Shown here piece after piece: positions 1 through 7,717 of a stretch of DNA of 64,000 bases; position 1 is the first letter of the stretch, and every line of letters begins with the position of its first letter. A program made the translations under genes and the position numbers. Origin of the DNA: Vulcanimicrobiota bacterium. Its GTDB lineage: Bacteria > Vulcanimicrobiota > Vulcanimicrobiia > Vulcanimicrobiales > Vulcanimicrobiaceae. The notes under the pieces were generated by a model. It did no database searches, was not told the origin of the DNA, and was given only the letters and a program-made list of their open reading frames with translations. The DNA is taken from contig CAWIZU010000008.1 in NCBI GenBank assembly GCA_963840635.1, forward strand, positions 32,268 through 96,267, written 5' to 3'.

Positions 1-1
1 C

Positions 2-274
2 TGCGGCGCGTGCGACGCCGCGTTGTTCAAGTCGACCGAGAAGTTCGACTCGCATTGTGGCTGGCCGTCGTTCACACGTCCCGAGGAGCAGCAGAATGTA
101 CGGCTCCTCGAAGACGTCAGCCACGGCATGCATCGCACCGAAGTCCGCTGCGCTCGCTGCGATTCGCACCTCGGTCACGTTTTCGACGACGGACCCGGCC
201 CGGAGGGCACGCGCTACTGCATCAACTCGCTCTCGCTCGGGTTCAAGAAGGGCAATCCCCCTACCCAAGCCTAA
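2..274 (+). CDS. msrB: peptide-methionine (R)-S-oxide reductase MsrB, 5' end cut by the window edge
   Basis: Frame-2 translation [24 protein letters not shown]...[16 protein letters not shown]...RYCINS carries the MsrB zinc CxxC pairs and the catalytic GWPSF/RYCINS region. Stop TAA at 272-274. Confidence 0.85.
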   Translation, partial: CGACDAALFKSTEKFDSHCGWPSFTRPEEQQNVRLLEDVSHGMHRTEVRCARCDSHLGHVFDDGPGPEGTRYCINSLSLGFKKGNPPTQA

Positions 275-288
275 CTGAGCTGGCGCGC

Positions 289-362
289 GCGCTCGTAGCT
301 CAATTGGATAGAGCAAGGCACTCCTAAGGCCGAGGTTGGCGGTTCAATTCCGCCCGAGCGCA
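289..362 (+). tRNA. tRNA-Arg (anticodon CCT)
   Basis: Cloverleaf read by hand: acceptor GCGCTCG/CGAGCGC, D arm GCTC-AATTGGATA-GAGC, anticodon loop CTCCTAA at 321-327, T arm GGCGG-TTCAATT-CCGCC, discriminator A. The anticodon stem has only 3 Watson-Crick pairs flanked by two A.G pairs. No encoded CCA. Confidence 0.75.
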
Positions 363-453
363 AGATTGGGGGCCCCGGGCGGGGTCCCCGTGCGCCTCCT
401 CGACCCTTACCCTTGCGAGCCGCGAGCGTCTATGCTACAGTCTTCTAGCTAAG

Positions 454-477
454 AACGGTCCTCCGGGCCGTTTATTT
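454..477 (+). terminator. hairpin plus T-rich tail between tRNA-Arg and rpmG
   Basis: AACGGTCC-TCC-GGGCCGTT (8 bp with one G.U pair) followed by TTATTT. A second GC hairpin lies at about 368-388. Confidence 0.45.
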
Positions 478-500
478 CATGTCGCGTGGTAAACTAACAG

Positions 501-665
501 ATGGCAAAAAAAGAAAATCGCGTTATGGTCGTGATGGCGTGCACCGAGTGCAAACGTCGTAACTACAACACGCAAAAGAACAAACAGAAAACGACGGATC
601 GGTTGGAGCTCAAAAAGTATTGCCGCTTCTGCCGCTGCCACAAACCGCACCGCGAGACGAAATAA
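501..665 (+). CDS. rpmG: 50S ribosomal protein L33
   Basis: 54-aa ORF, too short for the ORF track: [54 protein letters not shown]. It has the L33 CxxC...CxxC zinc ribbon. Stop TAA at 663-665. Confidence 0.9.
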   Translation: MAKKENRVMVVMACTECKRRNYNTQKNKQKTTDRLELKKYCRFCRCHKPHRETK

Positions 666-673
666 GTCCACAT

Positions 674-749
674 AGGGCGGTAGCTCAATTGGTAGAGTAG
701 CGGTCTCCAAAATCGCCGGTTGCAGGTTCGAGTCCTGTCCGCCCTGCCA
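674..749 (+). tRNA. tRNA-Trp (anticodon CCA), CCA end encoded
   Basis: Acceptor AGGGCGG/CCGCCCT, D arm GCTC-AATTGGTA-GAGT, anticodon stem GCGGT/ATCGC with loop CTCCAAA, T arm GCAGG-TTCGAGT-CCTGT, then G-CCA. It sits in the classical position before secE. Confidence 0.92.
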
Positions 750-779
750 AGTTTAGTACCCCGAAGCGAAAGAGGTTTG

Positions 780-1010
780 GTGAACGAGAAAAAGCAGTCC
801 GCAGCAGCGACCCGCCAGCAGCAAGCTAGCGGTGATTTCGTGCGCGGCGTGTTCACTGAGTTGCGTCGTGTGACGTGGCCGACTCGCAATGAGTGGGTTT
901 CCGCCACTGTCCTGACGCTGCTCCTCGTGGTCGGCATCGGCTTTTACACCTGGGTCCTCGACCAATTCTTCGGCTGGGTCTTCGGCTGGCTCCACGTCCT
1001 GAATATCTGA
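780..1010 (+). CDS. secE: preprotein translocase subunit SecE
   Basis: C-terminal part of ORF 720..1010. FVRGVFTELRRVTWPTRNEW followed by one TM helix (VSATVLTLLLVVGIGFYTWVL) is the SecE signature. The upstream part of the ORF overlaps tRNA-Trp, so the start is placed at GTG 780 (or TTG 777) after AAGAGG. Confidence 0.85.
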   Translation: MNEKKQSAAATRQQQASGDFVRGVFTELRRVTWPTRNEWVSATVLTLLLVVGIGFYTWVLDQFFGWVFGWLHVLNI

Positions 1011-1012
1011 TC

Positions 1013-1795
1013 ATGAATTCCAATATCGAACGCGACTACAACGACGGCCACGCCGACGAAGCGCAACCGCAAATCGAGAACGTTTTAGAAGCTGCGGTCG
1101 AGGAGTCGCAAGAGGCGCCTGCGCCCAGCGAGACCGTCGACTCATTCGAAAATGAAGTTGATGACATCGCCGATCGTGCAGTCGATACGCCCGACGCGCT
1201 CGAAATCGGCGCAGTCGAAACTGACGCGCCCGAAACCGATGCTCCGTCACCGGCGAAGAAAGACAACCGTAACTGGTTCGTCATTCACACCTATTCCGGT
1301 TACGAAAACAAAGTCAAGGCTAACCTCGAGCGCCGCATTCACTCGATGAACATGGCCGAGAAGATCTTCCGTGTGCTCGTGCCGATGGAAGACGAAGTCG
1401 AGTTCAAAGACGGCAAGCGTAAGATCACGCCGAAGAAAGTGTTCCCCGGCTACGTGCTGGTCGAGATGATCATGGACGACCAGTCGTGGTACGTCGTGCG
1501 CAACACGCAAGGCGTGACCGGCTTTGTCGGCAGCCCCGGCCCGGGCGAAAAGCCTGTGCCGCTGCAAGAAAAAGAAGTCAAGACGATCCTCAAGCAGATG
1601 GGCATCGAAGCGCCGAAGCTCAAGATCGACTTCGCCAAGGGCGATCGCGTCAAGGTCACCTCGGGTCCGTTCTTCGACTTCACCGGTGTCGTCGATGAAA
1701 TCCAGCCCGAGAAAGAACGCCTGCGCGCGCTCATCTCGATCTTCGGAAGAGAAACGCCGGTCGAACTCGAGTTCTTCCAGGTCGAGAAGGTCTAG
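1013..1795 (+). CDS. nusG: transcription termination/antitermination factor NusG with an acidic N-terminal extension
   Basis: ATG 1013 lies within ORF 893..1795. NWFVIHTYSGYENKV (NGN domain) and GDRVKVTSGPFFDFTGVVDEI (KOW) are present. About 80 aa of D/E-rich leader precede the NGN domain. Confidence 0.93.
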   Translation: MNSNIERDYNDGHADEAQPQIENVLEAAVEESQEAPAPSETVDSFENEVDDIADRAVDTPDALEIGAVETDAPETDAPSPAKKDNRNWFVIHTYSGYENKVKANLERRIHSMNMAEKIFRVLVPMEDEVEFKDGKRKITPKKVFPGYVLVEMIMDDQSWYVVRNTQGVTGFVGSPGPGEKPVPLQEKEVKTILKQMGIEAPKLKIDFAKGDRVKVTSGPFFDFTGVVDEIQPEKERLRALISIFGRETPVELEFFQVEKV

Positions 1796-1799
1796 CCGC

Positions 1800-1828
1800 T
1801 TTACTTTAATTGCGTTGACGGCTAGAAT
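1800..1828 (+). promoter_or_regulatory. candidate sigma-70-type promoter for rplK-rplA
   Basis: TTTACT (1800-1805), 17-nt spacer, TAGAAT (1823-1828). About 225 nt of leader follow, beginning with hairpin CTCTTGGG/CCCAAGAG (1840-1866) and then GCTTTT. Confidence 0.45.
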
Positions 1829-2053
1829 CTGACAGGTTTCTCTTGGGAACGACCCCGCCCCAAGAGGCTTTTAGGAGGGGTAGGCATTAGCGATCGACGC
1901 GTGCCGCAAGGTGAGAAAAACTTCGGGACGCGCTGGAGCCCTGGATGGGCGAGAAGCGCGGCCACGTAACCGACGGCAACACGATGTTGCCTCGCGTTTT
2001 TCGAACGTGCGGTACCGGCGAGAGCGAAAGCCGTACCAACGAAAGAAACCACA

Positions 2054-2476
2054 ATGGCTAAGAAGGTCGTAGGCAAAATTGGCCTACAGATTCCGGCCGG
2101 CAAGGCAACGCCTGCGCCGCCGATCGGCCCTGCGCTGGGCCCATACTCGCTGAACATCATGGACTTCTGCAAGCAGTACAACGAACGTACCGCATCGCAG
2201 GCGGGCATGATCATTCCGGTCGAGATCACCGTGTACGAAGATCGCACGTTCACGTTTATCACGAAGACGCCGCCGGCGTCATTCTTGATCAAGCAAGCGC
2301 TGAAGATCGAGTCCGGTTCGAAAGAGCCCAATCGCAATAAGGTCGGTAAACTGACGCAGAAGCAGCTCGAAGATATCGCCAAGGTGAAGATGCCCGACAT
2401 CAACGCCAACGACATCGATGCGGCGAAGAAGATCATCGCCGGCACGGCGCGCTCGATGGGCGTGGAGGTCGAGTAA
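2054..2476 (+). CDS. rplK: 50S ribosomal protein L11
   Basis: 140-aa [32 protein letters not shown]..., the canonical L11 N terminus. Confidence 0.95.
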   Translation: MAKKVVGKIGLQIPAGKATPAPPIGPALGPYSLNIMDFCKQYNERTASQAGMIIPVEITVYEDRTFTFITKTPPASFLIKQALKIESGSKEPNRNKVGKLTQKQLEDIAKVKMPDINANDIDAAKKIIAGTARSMGVEVE

Positions 2477-3178
2477 TGCCGCAGCATCACGGAAAGCGTT
2501 ACAAGAACCTCGTCGCCAACTTCGATAAGAAGGCGCTCTACACGCCGGCCGAAGCGATCGGCTTCGTGAAGAAGAACGCCAACGCGAAGTTCAACGAGAC
2601 GGTCGAGATCCACATTCGTCTCGGCGTCGATCCGAAGAAGAGCGATCAGAACGTGCGCGGCACGGTGAACCTTCCGCACGGCACAGGCCGCACGGTGCGC
2701 GTGATTGCGTTTGCGAAGGGCGACAACGCGAAGGCTGCACAAGAAGCCGGCGCGGACATCGTCGGCGATCAGGATCTGATCGATAAGCTCAAGGCGGGCT
2801 TCACCGAGTTCGACGTCGCGGTTGCAACGCCGGACATGATGGCGCAGGTCGGTAAGGAACTCGGACGTATCCTCGCGCAGAAGATGCCCAACCCGAAGGC
2901 CGGTACCGTCTCGCCGAACATCGCAGGCGCGATCCGCGACATCAAGGCCGGTAAGGTCGAGTATCGTCTCGATAAGGCCGCGATCATTCACACGATCGTC
3001 GGCAAGGCGCAGTTCGACGAGCAGCAACTGCTCGAGAACGTCAACGCACTTGCTCGACGCAATCGTCCGCGCGAAGCCGGCGGCGTCTAAGGGCACCTAC
3101 CTCCGGAGCGTCACGCTCACGAGCACGATGGGCCCGGGCGTGAAGGTCGACCCGAACCGCGTCAAGGCCACCGCGTAA
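2476..3178 (+). pseudogene. rplA: 50S ribosomal protein L1, frame-disrupted near 3052 (possibly an assembly error)
   Basis: ORF 2476..3090 is L1 up to ...QLLENVNAL. The conserved L1 C terminus [41 protein letters not shown] is readable only in the next frame, from 3053 to TAA 3176-3178. In the original frame the tail is [12 protein letters not shown]. Confidence 0.9.
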
Positions 3179-3203
3179 ACCCGAGACCAGAATCCCAGAC
3201 CAC

Positions 3204-3240
3204 GACCCCACGCGCAAGCGCGGGGTCTGCTATTTTCTTT
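3204..3240 (+). terminator. intrinsic terminator after rplA
   Basis: GACCCCACGC-GCAA-GCGCGGGGTC (one mismatch, GNRA loop) followed by TGCTATTTTCTTT. Confidence 0.7.
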
Positions 3241-3414
3241 ATCCGGAAAGCTGGGTATTGACGAAGCGGCTCGCTTATTGGGTAGAAATATGTAGGACTT
3301 CCAGCTGTGATTTAAGGTGGGATTACGACTGTGAATGAAGCTAGATACGAGGAGGCTCGACAGCCGGGGTGACCGCGGCGAGTGGTCGGCTTCCCGGAGG
3401 CACACGAGCGGGCG

Positions 3415-3748
3415 ATGTCGCTTCCGATCGAGGACGTCGTCGAGGAGCTCGTCGCACTGCTCGGACTTACTACCGTGGCGATGATCGGCGGCGTCGGCGA
3501 GACGCGTGCGGTCACGCAATGGACGAACGGCCGCAGCCCGCAGCGCCCCAACGTCTTGCGGTTCACGCTGCAGATCGCCTCGATGATTCTCAACGAAAAA
3601 GATCCGGACATCGCGCGGGCGTGGTTTCACGGCAGCAATCCGCACCTGGGCGACCGAGGCACCGGCGGTGGCGTTACTGCGCGACGAACCCTTAGCCGAA
3701 GTCCAGGGCGAAATCATGGCCGCGGCGCGAGCGTTCGCGGGCCGCTAA
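3415..3748 (+). pseudogene. DUF2384 (Xre/MbcA/ParS-type antitoxin C-terminal domain)-like protein, frame-disrupted near 3658
   Basis: ORF 3382..3816 reads ...RAVTQWTNGRSPQRPNVLRFTLQIASMILNEKDPDIARAWFHGSNPHLGDR. The family-typical ending APAVALLRDEPLAEVQGEIMAAARAFAGR* is in the next frame (stop TAA 3746-3748). Family assignment is from motif memory only. Confidence 0.55.
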
Positions 3749-3826
3749 TCGCGTCGTGCGGATCGCGCAGTGTAGCCGGACCACACCAGGTTGTTTCCGA
3801 TGGAACCTTCGATTAGGCTTGCAAAC

Positions 3827-4169
3827 ATGGTCATGCGAGAAGAGCTCCTTGACGAGAGCTTGCCGTGGGCGCAGGTGCTCGTCGTGCGTGGCGAGCTGGA
3901 CATCGGCGCCGCCCAATGGTTTGCGGAAGCGATTGCGGAGCGGCTGCGTCAATCGTCCGCCGCTCGTCATCGACCTCTCGGCGTGTCAGTATTTGGACTC
4001 GACGATTCTCAACGTCTTGATTCGATCCGCAAACGCGGCGCCCGGACGCATCGGCATCGTCGTTCCGACGGCCGCGCGGATTCGGAGAATCTTCAATATC
4101 GCCGGGCTCGAGGATGCGCTGCACCTTGCCGAGTCGCGCGACGCGTTGCAGGTGCGGTTTTCGGCCTAG
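3827..4169 (+). pseudogene. STAS-domain protein (anti-sigma-factor antagonist family), frame-disrupted near 3956
   Basis: The N-terminal half MVMREELLDESLPWAQVLVVRGELDIGAAQWFAEAIAERLRQS is in the frame of ORF 3791. The C-terminal half PPLVIDLSACQYLDSTILNVLIRSANAAPGRIGIVVPTAARIRRIFNIAGLEDALHLAES is in the frame of ORF 3756. Joined, they give a typical ~113-aa STAS fold. Confidence 0.7.
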
Positions 4170-4184
4170 CGCAACTCCCCCCGG

Positions 4185-5824
4185 GTGAATTCGTCCTGGA
4201 ACACACGGCGCCGGCGTAAAGACGAACGGCTGGCACGTGTCGCGCATCTCGTTCGCGATGGACGCTTCGAGGCGAGTGACGCGGTCGCCGTGCTCCAGGA
4301 GTTGATCGAGCCGGGCGATCGCCTGTGCCTCGAGGGCAACAATCAGAAGCAAGCCGATTTTCTTTCGCGCGCCCTTGCCTCGTAGTCGATCCGGCGGTCG
4401 TCCACGATCTTCATCTTATTGATCTCGGTCATCGCGCGACCCGAGCACATCGCACTGTTCGAACGCGGGATCGCGTCGCACGTCGACTTTTCGTATTCGG
4501 GTCCGCAATCGCTGCGGCTCGCGCAGCAAGTCGCCGACGGTCGGGTGCGCATCGGCGCGATTCACACCTACCTGGAACTCTTTGCGCGCTACTTCGTCGA
4601 CCTGACGCCGGACATCGCGCTCGTCGCCGCCGACGAAGCCGATGCGCAACGGCAACCTCTACACCGGGCCGAACACCGAAGAGACGCCGACTATCGCCGA
4701 AGCGACGGCGTTTCGCGACGGTATTGTGATCGCGCAGGTCAACCGCATCGTCGATAAATGCACGCGCGTCGACATTCCCGGCGATTGGGTCGATCTCGTG
4801 GTCGTCGCCGATAAGCCATACTATATCGAACCGCTCTTTACGCGCGATCCCGAACAGATCGACGACGTGCAGGTGCTGATGGCGATGCTCGTGCTGCGCG
4901 GCATCTACGAACGCCACCGCGTCCAGAGTCTCAATCACGGCATCGGGTTCGACACCGCGGCGATCGAGTTGATCTTGCCGACTTACGGCGAGCGGCTGGG
5001 TTTGCGCGGCAAGTCTGCACGCACTGGATTCTCAACCCGCATCCGACGCTGATTCCGGCAATCGAAAGCGGCTGGGTACGCAGCGTGCACTGTTACGGCG
5101 GTGAACTCGGCATGGAGCGTTACGTCGCGGCGCGGCCCGACGTATTTTTCACCGGCCGCGACGGATCGATGCGTTCCAATCGCGCCTTCGCGCAAGCCGG
5201 CGGGCCACTACGCAACCGATCTCTTCATCGGCTCGACGTTGCAGATCGATCGCGACGCGAACTCGTCGACGGCGACGCTCGGCCGGATCGCCGGGTTCGG
5301 CGGCGCGCCCAATTTGGGGAGCGATCCGCGCGGAAGACGTCACTCGACCGCCGCGTGGCTCGAGATGACCTCGTCGGACGAAGAAATACGACGCGGGCGC
5401 AAGATCGTCGTGCAGCTGGTTGAGACGTTTCAGGAGAGCGGCATTCCCGACGTTCGTCGAGCGACTCGATGCCGTCGAACTCGGACGCAGCGCCAATCTT
5501 CCGATCGCGCCGGTCATGATCTACGGCGACGACGTCACGCACGTCGTAACCGAAGAAGGCGTCGCGTATTTGTATCGAGCGCAGAACATCGACGAGCGGC
5601 GCGCGGCGCTTGCCGCGATCGCCGGGGTGACGCCGATCGGCATGGTGCGCCGACGAGAGCGCACGCAGGCATTGCGCGCCTCCGGCGTCGTGGCGTTTCC
5701 CGAGGATCTCGGCGTGCGGCGCAGCGACGCGAATCGCGCGCTGCTCGCGGCGCGCTCGATTCGTGAACTGGTCGAATGGTCGGGCGGCCTCTACGATCCG
5801 CCGCGGCGCTTTAGGAGTTGGTGA
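4185..5824 (+). pseudogene. mdcA: malonate decarboxylase alpha subunit (acetyl-ACP:malonate ACP transferase), six frame switches
   Basis: MdcA motifs appear in order but in alternating frames: LEGNNQKQADFLSRALAS | VDPAVVHDLHLI | SVIARPEHIALFERGIASHVDFSYSGPQSLRLAQ...IGAIHTYLELFARYFVDLTPDIALVAADEAD | GNLYTGPNTEETP...NHGIGFDTAAIELILPTYGERLGLRGK | ICTHWILNPHPTLIPAIESGWVRSVHCYGGELGMERYVAARPDVFFTGRDGSMRSNR | HYATDLFIGSTLQIDRDANSST...GFGGAPNLGSDPRGRRHST...VQLVETFQESGIP | TFVERLDAVEL...PVMIYGDDVTHVVTEEGVAYLY...EWSGGLYDPPRRFRSW*. Switches are at about 4384, 4421, 4641, 5014, 5205 and 5449. Confidence 0.9.
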
Positions 5825-6118
5825 TGATCGAAACGTTGAGCTATGAGTATCCGGCGAGCGACGCGGTCGAGCGCCGTGCACACGTCGGCGTTGTCGCATC
5901 GGGTAATTGCGAGATCTTGCTCGAGCCGATGGGCAATGGGCAATGCTTCGGTTGTCGTACGTACGAGCGTCACCGGCTTCGGCGCGACGTGGAAGGCCGT
6001 GCTCGGTCGTTTCTTCGTGCGCAATCCGGTTGCGGTGCAGATCGAGATCAATGACTTCGGCGCGACGCCCGCCGTCGTCGCGCTACGTTTAGAGCAAGCT
6101 CTCGAGGCGGCGCGATGA
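5824..6118 (+). pseudogene. mdcC: malonate decarboxylase acyl-carrier (delta) subunit, disrupted by a 7-bp tandem duplication
   Basis: MIETLSYEYPA...HVGVVASGNCEILLEPMGN (frame of ORF 5818) continues as ASVVVRTSVTGFGATWKAVLGRFFVRNPVAVQIEINDFGATPAVVALRLEQALEAAR* (frame of ORF 5843). The ATG at 5824 overlaps the mdcA TGA and is preceded by AGGAG. Confidence 0.88.
5929..5942 (+). repeat. perfect 7-bp tandem duplication ATGGGCA-ATGGGCA inside mdcC
   Basis: Copies lie at 5929-5935 and 5936-5942. Both reading frames read M-G-N across it. Deleting one copy gives the uninterrupted ...LLEPMGNASVVVRTSV... sequence. Confidence 0.9.
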
Positions 6119-6926
6119 GCGCGCTGCTCCTGGCCGAATCGTTCGCGGAGCGGGGTGCCCGCGAACGCGCGCGCGCGTTGCTCGATGCGCAATCGTTTCG
6201 CGAATTGATCGGACCGTTCGAGCGCATCGCTTCGCCGTATCTCGCCGCGCAAGGCGTCGTGCCGCAGTCCGACGACGGCTGTGTGGTCGCGCGCGGCACG
6301 ATCGGCGGCGAGCGCGCGTGCGTCGTTGCAACCGATGGACGTTTCTTAGGCGGATCGATCGGCGAAATCGGCGGCGCAAAGATTGCCGGCGCGCTCGAGC
6401 TTGCGCGGCGCGATGCCGAACGCGGGACGCCGACGCGATCGGTGCTTGCACTTGATACCGGCGGCATTCGTTTGCAGGAAGCCAACCTCGGTATTCTCGC
6501 GGTGACCGAGATCTGCGATGCGATCGTCGCGCTGCGCATGCTGCAACCGGTCGTCGCGCTCATCGCAGGCCGCGTCGGCGTGTACGGCGGCCTTTCGCTT
6601 TCGACCGCGCTGTGCAGTCAGATCATCGTGAGCGAAGGTGCGCGCGTCGGCCTCAACGGGCCCGACGTGGTCGAAACCGAGTCCGGTATCGAGGAGATGG
6701 ATTCGTCGGATCGGCCGCTGATTTGGCGCGTGACCGGCGGCCGCATGCGGTTTGAACAAGGATTTGCGACCGAGCTCGTTGCCGACGATGTCGAAGCGAT
6801 TCGCGCCGCAGTGCAGCGCGCATTCGAACAACCGCGCGAACTCGGCACCACTCGAACCGCAAGCGTTTCCCGATCCGCGCCTCGATCGCGACAGCTTTCT
6901 GCGCGCGATGGGGATCGCAGCCATGA
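6115..6926 (+). CDS. mdcD: malonate decarboxylase beta subunit (carboxyltransferase); 3' end unresolved
   Basis: MSALLLAESFAERGARERARALLDAQSFRELIGPFER...GGSIGEIGGAKIAGALELA...LDTGGIRLQEANLGILA... is the MdcD/AccD-like fold. As given, the frame runs on to 7152 as low-complexity R/S/A text overlapping mdcE. A TGA at 6924-6926 in another frame would make an ATGA junction with mdcE at the expected ~270 aa. Confidence 0.8.
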
Positions 6927-7717
6927 GCAGCGTGCGCGGCCGTGCGTGGTTCGAGCGTTTCACTCGCGGTGGCAAACCGGTCGAAGGGTTGCCGCCGTCG
7001 GTGCTCGCAGCCGACGCCACGATCGATGGCCATGCGGTTCGCGTGGTTGCGGTCGTACCCGATCCGAATGGGCGCTTTCCGTTGGCACGCGACGGCAATC
7101 TCGGCATCGACGAAGGCTTCGGCCTCGCGCGCGCGGTCGGCGGCACGCCTAAGAACAGCGCGATTCTCGCAATCGTGGATGTGCCGGGCCAAGCTTTTGG
7201 TACGCGCGAAGAAGCCGTTGGACTCCAGCGTGCGCTAGCTGCTTCGGCGAACGCCTACATTCGTGCGCGACGCGGCGGCCATCCGGTCTATGCACTGGTG
7301 GTCGGCAAAGCCATTTCCGGTGCGTTTCTCGCGCACGGATTACAGGCGGGCTGGATCGGCGCGCTCGACGATCCGTACCTCGAGGTCCACGTGATGTCGG
7401 AGGCCGCCGTGGCACGCGTCACGCGCATGGAACGGGAAGATCTTGCGCGCGTTGCACGCGAAGTGCCGGCGACGGCGCGCGACATTCGCAGTTTTGCAAC
7501 GTTCGGTGCGATCGATCGGCTCTTCGAAGTCGGCGATCCGGAAGCACCGAGCGCAGCCGACGAGCAGATCGTCACGCACGCGCTCGCGGAAGCGCTGCGC
7601 ACGCCGGAACTCGGACTGCGCAATCCTCGTGAGCGGCTCGATCGTTCCGCAGCGCTCGAGACGCGGGCGATTGCACGTCGGGTGCGTGAGGAGCTGCAGG
7701 CGCAGTGGGATGCATGA
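6923..7717 (+). CDS. mdcE: malonate decarboxylase gamma subunit
   Basis: Met58 of ORF 6752..7717. MSSVRGRAWFERF... and ...ILAIVDVPGQAFGTREEAVGLQRALA...VVGKAISGAFLAHGLQA... form a carboxyltransferase alpha-like half. The gene is intact. Confidence 0.85.
   Translation: MSSVRGRAWFERFTRGGKPVEGLPPSVLAADATIDGHAVRVVAVVPDPNGRFPLARDGNLGIDEGFGLARAVGGTPKNSAILAIVDVPGQAFGTREEAVGLQRALAASANAYIRARRGGHPVYALVVGKAISGAFLAHGLQAGWIGALDDPYLEVHVMSEAAVARVTRMEREDLARVAREVPATARDIRSFATFGAIDRLFEVGDPEAPSAADEQIVTHALAEALRTPELGLRNPRERLDRSAALETRAIARRVREELQAQWDA

Noticed and set aside
1822-3096. Long antisense ORFs across well-supported genes. Examples: 1822..3096(-) 424 aa, 8216..9139(-), 15212..16231(-), 16376..17500(-), 26680..27876(-), 37615..38601(-).
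   Set aside because: These are typical shadow ORFs of high-GC DNA. Their translations are Arg/Ala/Pro-rich with no recognisable motifs, and each lies opposite a gene with unambiguous family signatures.
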